Shown here in pieces: positions 39,886 through 49,786 of a stretch of DNA of 64,000 nt. This DNA is from a virus (lineage: Duplodnaviria > Caudoviricetes): IMG/VR virus record IMGVR_UViG_3300025018_000091; one strand, given 5' to 3'. The notes beneath the pieces are model-generated. The model saw nothing but the letters and a program-made list of their open reading frames with translations, made no database searches and had not been told where the DNA came from. How positions within the stretch are numbered: the stretch's first letter is position 1; the number at the start of each line of letters is the position of its first letter. The position numbers and the translations under genes are program-made.

Positions 39886-39929
39886 ACTAAAATTTACGCT
39901 GCTGTCTCACTATATACGTAAATTTTAGT
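39886..39929. promoter_or_regulatory. 13-bp perfect inverted repeat upstream of the structural operon
   Basis: ACTAAAATTTACG-18 nt-CGTAAATTTTAGT. Confidence 0.55.
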
Positions 39930-39956
39930 ATACCACGATAATTCAATAAAATGAAA

Positions 39957-40511
39957 TTAAAATACTAAATATACTCCTAAAGATGTTGATGATAAAACTT
40001 TAACAGTGGCAGCATAATTAGTAGTAAGTAATCCATCTCCAGAAATTTGAATTTCTACTAATCCAGACCCTAAATGACTAATACTAAATGTATATGGGCT
40101 TATAGATGTACTAGGATATGATGTAATAACATTAGAATAAAAATTTCCAGAATAATAAGTAGCAGTAAATACCATTTGAAAAGCAAATCTTTCATCAAAA
40201 CTATTTTGAATTGCAGTAACAGTTATTGAGTTGGTAGTATTTGCATCTAATTGAATTTGTATTGCTGGAGAGAATGATATTGGATAAGTATCAACTCCAG
40301 TTTCATATGAAGCATAATATACTGTCTCTTCATAAGGCGCTCCAGCGGGACCTGTGGCTCCTGTATCTCCAGCGGGACCTGTGGCTCCTACGGAACCTGT
40401 AGCACCAACCGCACCAGTAGGTCCAGTGGCTCCAGTTTCCACTTCAATTACCGGAACAAGAACATATTTTATTCCATCCCATTTAAGATAGCCAGGCTCA
40501 GGTAAACTCAT
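39957..40511 (-). CDS. Short collagen-like protein
   Basis: GATGPTGAVG... tract; GAGGA RBS. Confidence 0.75.
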   Translation of the reverse strand: MSLPEPGYLKWDGIKYVLVPVIEVETGATGPTGAVGATGSVGATGPAGDTGATGPAGAPYEETVYYASYETGVDTYPISFSPAIQIQLDANTTNSITVTAIQNSFDERFAFQMVFTATYYSGNFYSNVITSYPSTSISPYTFSISHLGSGLVEIQISGDGLLTTNYAATVKVLSSTSLGVYLVF

Positions 40512-40558
40512 ATTATCCTCACAACAAAGTACAATATGATGTCATAAAAATAGTATGA

Positions 40559-40930
40559 TCAAAGGAATGCTTTTAATTTTGACATTTTACGGATTCGTCT
40601 GGCAGATTCTTTTAGATTTCTTCTTGAAAATATAATTATGCAATAAGATTTATTCTTACGACTAGTATTTACACATCTTATATACTCAAAATCATTACCA
40701 GTTTTATCGTTAACTATAGATGCAAAAGTTAAAGCATCAGAAACATAATTTCTAGACATATCAATATCAGGAATCCAAGTGAAATCACCTTTAATCATTT
40801 TACATAATTCTTGATCAGTCCATCTGTCTTTATCAATTATCTTTTGAAGAAAAGCTGCTTTTTTAAAAGTAACACGCTTTTTACATTTCTTTCTAATTGT
40901 TCGTCGTAATTCATTAAAATCATATATCAA
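40559..40930 (-). CDS. Hypothetical protein ending KMSKLKAFL
   Basis: 123-aa ORF with TTG start; carries the shared C-terminal motif. Confidence 0.65.
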   Translation of the reverse strand: MIYDFNELRRTIRKKCKKRVTFKKAAFLQKIIDKDRWTDQELCKMIKGDFTWIPDIDMSRNYVSDALTFASIVNDKTGNDFEYIRCVNTSRKNKSYCIIIFSRRNLKESARRIRKMSKLKAFL

Positions 40931-41087
40931 ATAATAACTCTTTAAATTCTTCAGGAGATAATTCTACTGCATTTGTAATTTTCTTGAGTGGATTTTCATG
41001 ATCTTTAGCTTGAATTATTATTAAGATTTTTCCACCCTCTATCTTTTTTGCTTCTATAAAAGATTTATCTGTAAATTGAATTTTCAT
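40920..41087 (-). CDS. Small hypothetical protein (55 aa)
   Basis: Below the track cutoff; MKIQFTDKSFIEAKK...KELLFDI, ATGA-coupled to map. Confidence 0.65.
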   Translation of the reverse strand: MKIQFTDKSFIEAKKIEGGKILIIIQAKDHENPLKKITNAVELSPEEFKELLFDI

Positions 41088-41884
41088 ATAGAACTCCTAT
41101 CTGTAATAATTTCTACACGATCTTTATGAACATATACAGAATGTTCTGCATGAGCACAAATCCCATCTGCTTTAACTGTCCATCCGTCAGACAATACTCG
41201 TGTATGAGTGGAGCCCATAACTAACATAGGTTCTATAGCAATTACTAATCCTGGTTGGATTCTAATTCCACTATCCAATTCAGATTTATTATCTACAAAT
41301 GGTGGAGTATGAGGTGCATTCCATGATAAACCATGACCTCCGTATTTGGTTATTACAGTAAATCCATTACCTTTAGCAGATTTATGAATAGCATCACCGA
41401 TTACACCTAAGTGTTTATCAATTTCAATAGCGGCAATTCCTTTAGCCAAAGCCTCTTCTGTTGCCTCTATAATCTTTTTGTGCCATTCATATTTTGGTTG
41501 ACCATAGATACAAGTAATTGCAGTATCTGCAATTGCTTTCTCATAAGTTACACCAACATCAAATGTAATAACATCACCATCTTGTAAATAATAATCTTTA
41601 GGAATGCCATGAACCAGTTGTTCATTAACAGAAACACATAAAGCTGATGGAAAGCCTTTATATCCTTTGAATGTAGGGAAGCCGCCCTGATCTATAATCA
41701 GAAGTTCTGCTAGATCATTTAAGGAAGTTAATGATAGTTTAGTTTTATCATTAACTTCCTTTTCTAATCTTTTAAGAACTTTTGCGGCAATAATACCGGC
41801 ACATCTTTGTTTTTGTAACCAATTATTATCCTGCAAAGGAAAAAAGCCGCTTGATTCAAACGACTCTTTTGATATAACTTTCAT
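41084..41884 (-). CDS. map: Methionine aminopeptidase, type I
   Basis: CVSVNEQLVHGIP, DVGV...ADTA, YGGHG, IAIEPM, CAHAEHSV. Confidence 0.95.
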   Translation of the reverse strand: MKVISKESFESSGFFPLQDNNWLQKQRCAGIIAAKVLKRLEKEVNDKTKLSLTSLNDLAELLIIDQGGFPTFKGYKGFPSALCVSVNEQLVHGIPKDYYLQDGDVITFDVGVTYEKAIADTAITCIYGQPKYEWHKKIIEATEEALAKGIAAIEIDKHLGVIGDAIHKSAKGNGFTVITKYGGHGLSWNAPHTPPFVDNKSELDSGIRIQPGLVIAIEPMLVMGSTHTRVLSDGWTVKADGICAHAEHSVYVHKDRVEIITDRSSI

Positions 41885-41900
41885 TTATCTTACCTCTATA

Positions 41901-42161
41901 TTAAGAATTATTTTTCATACCGAATTTTATGTTAGTTGTACGCGCTGCTTCTTCTACAACTTTTCTAACATCTTCATATCCAATATATTCTTTAAATGAC
42001 TCTGTTTTTAATAAACCAACTATTTTTTTGTCAATTAGAATCAAAGTATTATTCATTTCATTGACAGTGGGCTTATCTAATACTGGATTTCCCATTGTAT
42101 TAGATAAATATTGTCTAATTTGTATTAGATCTGTTATTTCTTTTATTTCTACTGGATACAT
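41901..42161 (-). CDS. Hypothetical protein
   Basis: 86-aa ORF in the operon. Confidence 0.7.
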   Translation of the reverse strand: MYPVEIKEITDLIQIRQYLSNTMGNPVLDKPTVNEMNNTLILIDKKIVGLLKTESFKEYIGYEDVRKVVEEAARTTNIKFGMKNNS

Positions 42162-42167
42162 ATCAAC

Positions 42168-42437
42168 TCACTTCTGTGATTGATTGGCTGCGCCTCTCAG
42201 AATCTTACCACTTTCATCAATAGCATCAGCTTCAGTCAATCCATACTTCATATATAATTGTAGAACTACATATTTATAGGATATATCTGCTGTATCATTT
42301 TGAGCTAAAGCTTTTTCTGCCTGCGCTAAAGCTAAATGTCTTTTAGACTTAGCTAATTCCAAAGCCATTCTATCTAATTCTTTAAGTTGCTCAACCTGTG
42401 GCACAGGCTTTACTTCCTTAGTTTCTTCATCGCCCAT
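42168..42437 (-). CDS. Hypothetical coiled-coil protein
   Basis: 89-aa ORF; AAGGAG RBS. Confidence 0.7.
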   Translation of the reverse strand: MGDEETKEVKPVPQVEQLKELDRMALELAKSKRHLALAQAEKALAQNDTADISYKYVVLQLYMKYGLTEADAIDESGKILRGAANQSQK

Positions 42438-42446
42438 AATAACTCC

Positions 42447-43757
42447 TTACAATATCTCTGCTGCTAATGTTGCTAATTTACTACGCTCACCTTGTGTAAA
42501 TGTAATATGACCAGCTAAATCTGACTTCTTAAATTTTTCAATTACATAAGTCAAACCATTACTGGTTGCATCTAACACAGAGTTGTCAATTTGCTCTATA
42601 TCACCTGTAAGAATAATTTTGGTTCCTTCTCCAGCACGAGTTAATACGGTTTTGACATCTTCTTTAGAAAGATTTTGACATTCATCAAGCAAAATTATAG
42701 AATTAGGAATGCTTCTACCACGAACATATGTAATGGCTTCCATTTCAACTCTACCCTTTTTCTGATACATCTCTAGCTCACGTTTCCAGTCGCCACCATT
42801 CTTACTATGAAATAAAGTTTCAAAATTATCCATGATGGCTTGGAACCAAGGTGCTAGTTTTTCTTCCATAGTACCAGGTAAGAATCCAATATCACTTCCA
42901 ACTGGTTGAATTGGACGATAGATAATGAATTTTTCATATTCTTTTCTATTGATAACTAGTTCTAATGCTGCAGCTAAAACAATTAAACTTTTACCAGTTC
43001 CAGCTCTTCCAATTAATGTAACTAGATCAATTTTCTTATCCATAATCATATCGACTGCAAAAGACTGTTCCTTATTTCTACAAGCAATATTCCATGGATA
43101 TGTTTTCTTAATTAGTTTTAATTTGTTAGGTTCAACTTTACGAGCCAGAGCTATTCCGCCGCCAGATGTATCTTCAAAAAACGCGCACTCATTAGGATTT
43201 AGCTCTATTCCATACAATTCAGGATCAATGAATCCCTTCTTTTGTAAATCTAAACCAGCATCTTCATCAACAATAACTTGGCTACCAGCATATAGATCAC
43301 TCAAAGAGCATTTTGGAGCTTCATGAGCTATAGCATTAATGCCTCTTGCCTTAGCTTTAATGCGTAAATTTACGTCATTACTTACTAATGTTACGTCATC
43401 ATTAACATTTACGCAATGAGCGTTATAGGCAGCAACCAATATATGAGTATCTGGATAATATGGATCTCCAAATCCTTTATATGTATCTGATTTTAAATCA
43501 TAATATGTAGCATCTACTCTTAATAGAATATCACTATCTAATAAAACTCCGGTACTAATATCTCCAAGGTCGCTGGCTTTATCTAGAAGTCTGCAACAAA
43601 CTCTAGCATTTCTTCCTGCTTCTCCTATAGATAACTTCTTTTTATCTAATTCATTAACTACTATAATTGGAATTATTACATCACTATTAGTGAAATGTTT
43701 GTAGGCACTAGGATCATCAATCAAAACTGAAGTGTCTAATATGTATATTTTTCTCAT
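42447..43757 (-). CDS. phoH: PIN-domain plus PhoH-family ATPase
   Basis: N-terminal ILDTSVL...EL PIN motifs; GRAGTGKS, YVRGRSI, DECQN, TGD.EQID. Confidence 0.93.
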   Translation of the reverse strand: MRKIYILDTSVLIDDPSAYKHFTNSDVIIPIIVVNELDKKKLSIGEAGRNARVCCRLLDKASDLGDISTGVLLDSDILLRVDATYYDLKSDTYKGFGDPYYPDTHILVAAYNAHCVNVNDDVTLVSNDVNLRIKAKARGINAIAHEAPKCSLSDLYAGSQVIVDEDAGLDLQKKGFIDPELYGIELNPNECAFFEDTSGGGIALARKVEPNKLKLIKKTYPWNIACRNKEQSFAVDMIMDKKIDLVTLIGRAGTGKSLIVLAAALELVINRKEYEKFIIYRPIQPVGSDIGFLPGTMEEKLAPWFQAIMDNFETLFHSKNGGDWKRELEMYQKKGRVEMEAITYVRGRSIPNSIILLDECQNLSKEDVKTVLTRAGEGTKIILTGDIEQIDNSVLDATSNGLTYVIEKFKKSDLAGHITFTQGERSKLATLAAEIL

Positions 43758-44125
43758 TATTGCTCTTGTTCTTCAAAGATTGTCCAAAAATTAATTGTCA
43801 TTTCCATGTATAATTGTTTTTTAGGATCAAGCTCACGTAAATCGCGTTTTAGCTTGTATGTACTTTTGAACCATTCTCCTACTAATTCTCGTTCAACATA
43901 AACTTGCATGTGTCCATCTAAATCGTCTATAACTTGAATACCATAAGTTGCCAAGATAGTTCTTAATTTAACTCTCTGGTCAATAGACAAACTGGTGCCC
44001 GTCGTCCAGAAATCATCGACTGTGACACCCATTTGTTCCAACAAATTTCTAAGAAAACTAAGTTTCTCTTCTTCCTCAATTTGTTTTACATTCTCATTAT
44101 AGTTGAGAAGAATTGTTCCTTGCAT
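43757..44125 (-). CDS. Hypothetical protein
   Basis: 122-aa ORF coupled to phoH. Confidence 0.7.
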   Translation of the reverse strand: MQGTILLNYNENVKQIEEEEKLSFLRNLLEQMGVTVDDFWTTGTSLSIDQRVKLRTILATYGIQVIDDLDGHMQVYVERELVGEWFKSTYKLKRDLRELDPKKQLYMEMTINFWTIFEEQEQ

Positions 44126-44167
44126 TTGCTATAATACCAATTAATTCGTAGTGTTATATTTATTTCG

Positions 44168-46684
44168 TTATCCACACTTACTATTTTTACAGGCAGTACA
44201 TAATACACAGCCTTCTTGATATACTAATGTCCCTTGTGCGCCACATGCAAGACATTTCTTCTCTGCAGTGAACGTACTTCCATCTTTAATATAAGTTTTT
44301 AGAACCCTAGCTATAACTCTAGAAAATGAAGTCATCTCAGAAAACTTATCTTTTGTTAATTGTTCAACAACAAATTGAATTGGAGTTCCATGACGCATTG
44401 CTAATGAAATTGTTCTTGTAAATGCTCCATAATTCTTATTTTCAAAGATGTTCGCAATATCTTTTAATATCATCTGATCGTCATCCTCACCTACGACTAA
44501 ATTATAAGCAGTAATTCCATCAGAATTTTTACCATTTTTAACAATTTTTCCAGTTTTATATTTATTGGGTATGTCAATATACTTAGATAATCCGCCAAAG
44601 ACTTCATATGGTTTGCCATTAATTAACCCAATAAAGATAGTCCAAGCTTCTCCATCAACCTTAGACTTCTTAATATGACATGGTAGTTCTAATGGTCTTT
44701 TTGGAGCAGTATTATATCCAATTTCATCGGGTCTATCAGATAATGATTTGTTTTTCTGAGAAGATTCTTCTTTAATCAATACTCCTGCACGACAACCATC
44801 ACGATATACTGTAAATCCTTTACATCCTAATTCCCAAGCTTTCATATAAACTTCAGATACTAATTCTTTTGTTGCATCAGCTGGAAGGTTACATGTTTTA
44901 CTAATAGAATGATCTACAGATTTTTGTGCAGCAGCTTGTACTTCAACAGAGGCTAACCAATCAATTTCTGTAGCTGTTGCGCCCCAATAGGGAGACTCTT
45001 CAATGTTAGTGTTACCAGTTATCTCCATCCATTTCTTAACACCAGGATGGTATATTGTAAATTCTTGCCATCTATCTCCCATTGCATCTATAAAATCAAC
45101 TCTGGCATTTTTGTCAGACGGATTTATCTTCTTACGACGAACATACGTTAACATATATGCAGGCTCAATTCCAGATGTTGTTTGAGTTAAAGTAGATACA
45201 GAACCGGTTGGTGCAGTAGTAGTTAAAGCAATATTACGACGACCAGTATTTTTCCACATAGCTTTAACTGTTCTTCCAGCATCCTTCATAATACTATTTA
45301 AATAATTATGATTCTTTTCTTTCTTAAAATTAAAGATAGGGAAAGCACCACGTTCTTTAGCAAGAATACAAGAGGATGTATGGGCAGCAACAGCTAATGC
45401 TCTATAAATATCATAAGTTAATTTTACAGATTCTGGAGAGCCATATCTAACACCCATCATAGCCATAGTATCACCGAGAGCGGTTGGTCCTAGACCAGTT
45501 CTACGTCCACCCATGATAGCTTTTCTAATCTTTTCCCATAGATTAAGCTCAACAATTTTTGCCTCCATAGGTTCAGGATCTGCTTTAACTTTAGCTATAA
45601 TTCTATCAATACATTCAATTTCTAAATCAACGATATCATCCATTAATCTTTGAGCAATGATAGCATGTTTATGAAACAATTTATAATCGAAAGAGGCTTT
45701 AGGAGTAAATGGATTTTTCACATAAGATGAAATATTCAAGACTAATAATCTACAGGCATCATAAGCTGATAGAACAATTTCTCCACATGGATTTGTAGAA
45801 ATTGATCCATAGCCTTCTTCTTCATAGATATCTGAAGGTGTATTATCTTTTACATGGTCCCAAAATAATAAACCAGGTTCTGCATTATTCCAGGCAGAAT
45901 CAACTATTTGATCCCATATATCTTTGGCTTTGATTTGTTTTATAATTCGTGCATCTTTTGCATTTTTATCAACTGGCCAACGGAGAGTATAGTCTTCATT
46001 ATCTTTTACTGCATTCATAAATTCATTGTATAAACGAATAGATATGTTTGCGCCAGTTACTCTCTTGCGATCACGTTTGATATTGATAAAAGTTTCAATC
46101 TCCGGATGTTTTCCAGAGATTGTAAGCATTTCGGCACCTCTTCGTCCATTTTGAGCGACCTCTCTACATGTATTAGAGAAGCGATCCATGAATACTCCAA
46201 GACCATCTGTAGTTTTTGCTGCGTTATTTGTTATAGCATCTTTTGGTCTTATTCCAGAAATATCTGCTCCACATCCACCACGACGTTTCATGATTTGTGC
46301 CAGCTCTTGATCAGCCAGCATAATACCACCATATGAATCTAATTTATCTGTATACACACCCTGAATTACAAAACAATTAGAAAGGCTTTGTAATTGATAT
46401 TTATTTCCAATAGCAGACATTGGACTTCCTTGCGGAACAATATATTTAAAACGTTCTAATAGACTAAAAATTTCCTCTTCTGTTAATGGATTTGGATATT
46501 TAGATTCTATTCTAGCAAATTCTTTTGCCAAACGATGGTGCATATCTTCTGGAGTTAATTCCAAATAAATGCCTTCTTGATTTTGTAAAGCATATTTATC
46601 AACAAAAACTTTGGCGGCGAACTCATCTCCGTTAAAATAATCTAGAGTCGCATCAAAAACCTGAGAGTATACGTATCCTGTCAT
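44168..46684 (-). CDS. nrdJ: Class II (adenosylcobalamin-dependent) ribonucleotide reductase
   Basis: SLSNCFV, RRGAEM, STNPCGEI, TTAPTGS, HSISKTCN, VYRDG.R; C-terminal Cys pairs; no beta-subunit gene nearby. Confidence 0.92.
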   Translation of the reverse strand: MTGYVYSQVFDATLDYFNGDEFAAKVFVDKYALQNQEGIYLELTPEDMHHRLAKEFARIESKYPNPLTEEEIFSLLERFKYIVPQGSPMSAIGNKYQLQSLSNCFVIQGVYTDKLDSYGGIMLADQELAQIMKRRGGCGADISGIRPKDAITNNAAKTTDGLGVFMDRFSNTCREVAQNGRRGAEMLTISGKHPEIETFINIKRDRKRVTGANISIRLYNEFMNAVKDNEDYTLRWPVDKNAKDARIIKQIKAKDIWDQIVDSAWNNAEPGLLFWDHVKDNTPSDIYEEEGYGSISTNPCGEIVLSAYDACRLLVLNISSYVKNPFTPKASFDYKLFHKHAIIAQRLMDDIVDLEIECIDRIIAKVKADPEPMEAKIVELNLWEKIRKAIMGGRRTGLGPTALGDTMAMMGVRYGSPESVKLTYDIYRALAVAAHTSSCILAKERGAFPIFNFKKEKNHNYLNSIMKDAGRTVKAMWKNTGRRNIALTTTAPTGSVSTLTQTTSGIEPAYMLTYVRRKKINPSDKNARVDFIDAMGDRWQEFTIYHPGVKKWMEITGNTNIEESPYWGATATEIDWLASVEVQAAAQKSVDHSISKTCNLPADATKELVSEVYMKAWELGCKGFTVYRDGCRAGVLIKEESSQKNKSLSDRPDEIGYNTAPKRPLELPCHIKKSKVDGEAWTIFIGLINGKPYEVFGGLSKYIDIPNKYKTGKIVKNGKNSDGITAYNLVVGEDDDQMILKDIANIFENKNYGAFTRTISLAMRHGTPIQFVVEQLTKDKFSEMTSFSRVIARVLKTYIKDGSTFTAEKKCLACGAQGTLVYQEGCVLCTACKNSKCG

Positions 46685-46728
46685 AATTCATCCTTGATAA
46701 GAATTAAGTTCAAACAAACAACATTACT

Positions 46729-47358
46729 TTATATTCTAATATGCTCTTTCATTATTGACAGAGAAGAATTAATCAATTTAATACAACTTATTCTAGAGAT
46801 ATTAAGTTTCTTGCAAATTTTATTGATAGACATTGGCTTGTCTCCATCAAACCCATAAGCAAGGCTAATAATTTCTTTTTGGTCATTATTTAAGAAAGAT
46901 AGTGCTCCTTGAATAGCACGATTCACTTGAATTTCTTCCAATTCTTTATCTGGACAATATTTTTCTTCAATCAAAGTTGGCATTAATGCTTCTTTATGAG
47001 GAGTATTATTTTTAGCAACTTTTAATGGAAATCTAATTGTAGTATGTAGATTAGCGCTTCTAGAAATTCTAGTATCAATATATTTGTGTGCCCACCAGAA
47101 AAAAGATCCTTTATTCTTATCGTAGTTATTCATAGACTTAATCAAGGCTTCAAAACCTTCTTGATTAAGATCATCATAATTGCTAAACGCCTTATAACGT
47201 CCCGTTTTCATTGTAACTAAATACTTGAATTTTGACATGCAAATACGTTCATGCTTTGTTAGCTGCTTTTTTATAGAGGGATCATCAGAGTTTTTGCTCT
47301 TTTCTCTGAGATCAATTAACGTAGTCATCAGGTCTTGGGCTTCTTGTTCTGTCAACAT
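46729..47358 (-). CDS. RNA polymerase sigma-70-family factor
   Basis: DDLNQEGFEAL...NYD.NKG.F..WA (region 2); region 4 HTH with EIISLAYG...SI. Confidence 0.88.
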   Translation of the reverse strand: MLTEQEAQDLMTTLIDLREKSKNSDDPSIKKQLTKHERICMSKFKYLVTMKTGRYKAFSNYDDLNQEGFEALIKSMNNYDKNKGSFFWWAHKYIDTRISRSANLHTTIRFPLKVAKNNTPHKEALMPTLIEEKYCPDKELEEIQVNRAIQGALSFLNNDQKEIISLAYGFDGDKPMSINKICKKLNISRISCIKLINSSLSIMKEHIRI

Positions 47359-47439
47359 TCTTATCTCTCTCTCGAATAAAGTACTGATATACTTAATTAT
47401 TGATACTAGTATAATATTACTAATTACTAATGAATTTCA

Positions 47440-47598
47440 CTAATTTCTTTTAGAAATCTCTTCTTCTAATAATTCAATAACCGATTCAATAGATGATTTT
47501 ATAATCTCATCATCATCTAACTCTAATACAAATTTTAATAGATCTGCAATATGTTGCAAACGTTGTTTTGAATTTCTATTAGAAGGTGTTTTGGGCAT
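47440..47598 (-). CDS. Small hypothetical protein (52 aa)
   Basis: Below the track cutoff; MPKTPSNRNSKQRLQHIADLL...EEEISKRN fills the gap. Confidence 0.6.
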   Translation of the reverse strand: MPKTPSNRNSKQRLQHIADLLKFVLELDDDEIIKSSIESVIELLEEEISKRN

Positions 47599-47601
47599 AA
47601 G

Positions 47602-47802
47602 TTAACTATAGCCATTGCTAGCCCAGCCGGAACCTCCGCGTTTTAATACGAAAATTCCGCCTGATGCGATTAATCTGGTTACCTTGTTGGGAGGATCAAT
47701 ATTTTCTTCCTTACACAATGGACATTCTGTAAGTTCCTCTTTTATAGAATGAGACTCCTCGAATTCTCCATGAATTTCACACTTGTATAAATACGTTGGC
47801 AT
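47602..47802 (-). CDS. FmdB-family zinc-ribbon protein
   Basis: MPTY.YKC..H...E......CP.C...RLI...F. Confidence 0.8.
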   Translation of the reverse strand: MPTYLYKCEIHGEFEESHSIKEELTECPLCKEENIDPPNKVTRLIASGGIFVLKRGGSGWASNGYS

Positions 47803-47813
47803 ATTATCCCTAT

Positions 47814-47841
47814 AATCTAATTATGATATTTTTATTGTCAA
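47814..47841 (-). promoter_or_regulatory. Sigma70-like promoter
   Basis: TTGACA-16 nt-TAGATT; shares ATCATAATTA at the same offset with the 4956 promoter. Confidence 0.6.
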
Positions 47842-47856
47842 TCCCGACATTTTTTA

Positions 47857-48162
47857 TTATCTTTTTCTACGGTCCATTTTTGTCTGTAATTCATGATACT
47901 TAGATTCACCAAGCATATTTGCATATACATTAGTGTTATTAGCCATCTCTTTTTTAAGTTGCTTGGCGTCATTTTTACATTTATCAATTAAATCTTGACC
48001 GGTTAATTCGACAACCCCTTTACCACCAAGAGATATCATTCTTTTAGCTGTTTCTTGTAAACATTTTGGACATTGTGTTGGAGGATCCTGTTTAATTGAA
48101 TATTCATCTTCCCATTCGTGTTTACACTCAGGGTTTTGACACTGATGCTCGTAAATAGCCAT
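47857..48162 (-). CDS. FmdB-family zinc-ribbon protein, second copy
   Basis: MAIYEHQC...C.HEWE......CPKC...KRMIS. Confidence 0.8.
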   Translation of the reverse strand: MAIYEHQCQNPECKHEWEDEYSIKQDPPTQCPKCLQETAKRMISLGGKGVVELTGQDLIDKCKNDAKQLKKEMANNTNVYANMLGESKYHELQTKMDRRKR

Positions 48163-48350
48163 TATCTTTCCTTTGTTTCATTGACCAATAATCGATCTAT
48201 TAGTCTATATTCTATATCATTAACCCAATTAGACTTTATAAAATTCTTGTGCTTTTCATTCTTAATTTCAAAAACTATAAATAGCTTTCCTGTTGTTTCT
48301 TCATATTCTAATCTAACAGCTTCACCAATGATTTCTTCATAATTTTTCAT
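48162..48350 (-). CDS. Hypothetical protein
   Basis: 62-aa ORF; GAGG RBS. Confidence 0.65.
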   Translation of the reverse strand: MKNYEEIIGEAVRLEYEETTGKLFIVFEIKNEKHKNFIKSNWVNDIEYRLIDRLLVNETKER

Positions 48351-48376
48351 GATTACCTCATTAGTTAAATGCCTTA

Positions 48377-49786
48377 TTATATGTCTAATAGTTCAATTTT
48401 TTCAGATATATCATCTGGGTCTCTCATGATAAATTCTGTAGTATCTTCATCAATCTTGTCATCCAATAATGTGCCATTAGCCAAATTTTTAATAATACGA
48501 CCTTTACCTAATTCACCATCTCTATTCTTTATTAAATGATACAACATGTCAGGATATTGTTTTTCATTTGGTCTAGTTTCGATTTGTACAGCAATATTTG
48601 CGTTTTGTAAAATTAATGCTGAACGTCCGACTCTATGAAGACCAATCTTTTCTTCTGCATCTTTAGATGGTTTTGCTCTATTAAGTTGAACTGCACTCAA
48701 TACTATACAATTATGAACTCTAGCAAATTCATGGATTTTTTCAGCAATCTTACCTAGCTTTAACCAATCTTCCATGTCTGCGCCTTCATACGCCATTAAA
48801 CCCAGATAGTCAATTACAATAATTTTTGGATCGTAATTAGCTCGAACATCCTCGTAAATAAGTTCAAGACTTTCCATCGTTGCACCACGAGGAATGTCTA
48901 TAATCTCAAACTCATAAGGATAGTTTTTAATAAAACGCAAAACCTTTTTAAGCTTTATTGCCTCATCAGGGTTTAAAGAGGCATTTCTAATTTTCTTTGA
49001 AGGGTTTCCGGACATACGCGATAATACACGGTTTAAACATGGTTTAAATGGCATCTCCAAAGAGAAATATAAAACATTATTTCCTGATTTCCAGTCACCA
49101 GTCATGTCTATATTATTTTCTTGTAGCCACATCTGTACTGCTATGTTCATCAATAACATTGATTTACCAGCACCAGATTCAGCCCCAATCAATAAAAGCT
49201 CTCCATCACGCAAACCATCCGTAGCATAATCTAAATATGAATATCCCGTCTTTATCCCCCTATCAAAATTGGGATCGGTCATTTTTGCATTATATTCATC
49301 TCTAAAAATTGGAATCGCTTCTTTTAAAGTCTTTCTTTCATATGCTTTAACTTCGCTCAAGCTTTTTATTGATTGCAAGGTTTTTTGCATATCTAAAACG
49401 GCTCTGCCTACATCCATGCTTCCTGGTTGTAATTTTACAAACTTATCCTTCATCGAAGAAAGCTCTCGTTCAGCATATCTGTTCTTAAACTTCTCAAGAT
49501 CATGCTTAAACTCTGAGTCGACAATGTTTACCTTATCTAATTGCTCCCAAATTCCCTTAATATAAGCAATAAGTTTGTCGTTATTTCCTTTTTCAAGCTT
49601 TTCAGTTATTACTCTTAATGTTGGAATATCTTTATAAGTTTTGGTATAGCCAACTATTAAATTGGCTGCATTCCAGGCTTCTGCTGAAAATAATTTGGTA
49701 TCACATTCATTTGCAAAATCTAATGCATGCTTCTTATTTGTGATAAGGTTTTTAAGAATAGTTAAATCTAACTCTGGTAAACTCAT
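48377..49786 (-). CDS. dnaB: DnaB-like replicative helicase
   Basis: KTGYSYLD...GL, GAESGAGKS, FSLEM, IDYLGLM, AVQLNR, L.KNRDG. Confidence 0.92.
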   Translation of the reverse strand: MSLPELDLTILKNLITNKKHALDFANECDTKLFSAEAWNAANLIVGYTKTYKDIPTLRVITEKLEKGNNDKLIAYIKGIWEQLDKVNIVDSEFKHDLEKFKNRYAERELSSMKDKFVKLQPGSMDVGRAVLDMQKTLQSIKSLSEVKAYERKTLKEAIPIFRDEYNAKMTDPNFDRGIKTGYSYLDYATDGLRDGELLLIGAESGAGKSMLLMNIAVQMWLQENNIDMTGDWKSGNNVLYFSLEMPFKPCLNRVLSRMSGNPSKKIRNASLNPDEAIKLKKVLRFIKNYPYEFEIIDIPRGATMESLELIYEDVRANYDPKIIVIDYLGLMAYEGADMEDWLKLGKIAEKIHEFARVHNCIVLSAVQLNRAKPSKDAEEKIGLHRVGRSALILQNANIAVQIETRPNEKQYPDMLYHLIKNRDGELGKGRIIKNLANGTLLDDKIDEDTTEFIMRDPDDISEKIELLDI

